From Lytechinus pictus (lineage: Eukaryota): a stretch of DNA of 64,000 nucleotides. Location of the stretch: positions 7,440,001-7,504,000 of the forward strand of contig NC_087261.1 in the NCBI RefSeq assembly GCF_037042905.1. The letters run 5' to 3'. The notes under the pieces were generated by a model. That model had not been told where the DNA came from and searched no databases. It saw only the letters and a list, made by a program, of their open reading frames with translations. Positions within the stretch are counted from its first letter, which is position 1; the number at the start of each line of letters is the position of its first letter. This document shows, piece by piece, positions 62,509 through 64,000 of this stretch. A program made the position numbers and the translations under genes.

Positions 62509-62851
62509 GTAATGAAGACCGACAGTCTCAGGAATATGCAAACAACAAGTTGATTTATCAGGTGTTGCATTGTGAGTGACTTTTGGATCCAATGGAAATG
62601 CAATTTTGGTTTTATAAAAGCTATTGGCACATTCTCCTTCATTTGACATGTCTGAAAAGAATTCCTGGTGCACCACGCTTTCTGATGTTGCCAGGTCACA
62701 CACTTTTGAAATACGCATGAATGCTTTGATTATTGTTCACATCTTTCGGACTTCCAGCTATTAAAGAGTATGCCTAAATCAATGGCTATTTATCATCTTC
62801 TTCATCACCAACATCACTATCATCATCATCATCGACAACATCATCATTATT

Positions 62852-63103
62852 NNNNNNNNNNNNNNNNNNNNNNNNNNNNNNNNNNNNNNNNNNNNNNNNN
62901 NNNNNNNNNNNNNNNNNNNNNNNNNNNNNNNNNNNNNNNNNNNNNNNNNNNNNNNNNNNNNNNNNNNNNNNNNNNNNNNNNNNNNNNNNNNNNNNNNNNN
63001 NNNNNNNNNNNNNNNNNNNNNNNNNNNNNNNNNNNNNNNNNNNNNNNNNNNNNNNNNNNNNNNNNNNNNNNNNNNNNNNNNNNNNNNNNNNNNNNNNNNN
63101 NNN
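62852..63103. other. Assembly gap within a (CAT)n-rich tract
   Basis: Run of N flanked by CAT repeats. Confidence 0.99.
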
Positions 63104-64000
63104 CGTACTATTTTCATTATTCTTAGTTTCTGAGTTTCATCATCATCACCATTAACTATGTTTCAACTAATAGTATAAATCGCTTTGTTATTATATTCAA
63201 AGAATGTTTCTTATCTATGACCCACCCCCCCCCCCCTCGCCTTCTCTCAATATAACCCGGGCTAGTCCGATTACTCATCAATTCATTGGATTCCGAATCC
63301 GAGGATATTAGCTGTCAGGATCTGGGCGTTGGATATTTGTATTCATTATGAAATGACCAGATATTTGCCTAGAGTACTATCGAATCTTATCAATCAAGCT
63401 ACCAATAATATAAGCAGACTATATTATTGAATAGCAGGGGCACAGAGAGAAATGTGAAATAAGGCATTAGGGGGGGGGGGGCAGTCATCATGTCATATAT
63501 GCTAGTGTATAACAGACTTGGTGATGTTATTATCAGTATAATCTACAATGACTCTCTAAATCTATTTTTCCTTTTAATCAGATGCTGTGCTAGTTTTGTC
63601 CTAATCTCCGTAGTGTTGAATTGTCCATGTGAAATCTATTTTCATAAAGATGGTAGAATTTAGAGTTTAAATTGATCAGAAAATCGATCATCTCTGGGAA
63701 TCAGCAATCTCTGACTCTATACAAGCATGCCTACTTTCGATTTTGCACACTCCGATCGTGCTTATACTCTATTTTGTAAAGAGGAAACGTTTGTTAACCG
63801 TGTAAAAAAAAAGCATTAAATACCCAAAATCCCTGCATGTGTTAAAAATAAAATTATGAATTAAGGCAATCATTATATCATATCAAGAGTGTTCCTGTAT
63901 CCATGTTTATAGTACTAGGATTAGACCATATGGGATGAAAATATGTTGTGGACCATGTGAGAATTTAGCATTAAGAGGCTCATCGTGGGTACAGGCATGC

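Noticed and set aside
62770-63126. His-rich and Met-rich ORFs spanning N
   Set aside because: Artefact of the (CAT)n repeat and the assembly gap.

Overview
AT-rich, intron-containing animal DNA, most likely sea urchin or a related echinoderm (inferred from gene content and repeat families, not proven). Three protein-coding genes can be assembled by hand with GT-AG sites and consistent phases. (1) A 12-exon adhesion GPCR on the + strand (CDS 2527-40864, 1034 aa): signal peptide, WSC domain, an unnamed Cys-containing module, GAIN/GPS, 7TM and a basic C-tail. (2) A complete 4-exon SLC16/MCT-type MFS transporter on the - strand (CDS 30716-23124, 603 aa), nested in the 17-kb last intron of the adhesion GPCR. 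Its stop codon is 46 bp from a host exon, so its 3'UTR very probably runs antisense across that exon. (3) A rhodopsin-family neuropeptide receptor resembling trissin receptors on the - strand (single coding exon, 56761-54830, 643 aa) with a very long third intracellular loop. The rest is dense with non-autonomous elements: TTAA Kolobok-like, CWG/TWA Harbinger-like, 8-bp-TSD hAT-like, TAG..CTA Academ-like, HINE/DINE-1-like elements and tRNA-derived SINEs. Other notable features are a 933-bp foldback palindrome, a ~1-kb tandem duplication that preserves a filled and an empty MITE site, and a repeat carrying a complete tRNA cloverleaf with a UCA anticodon followed by T6. An assembly gap lies at 62852-63103.
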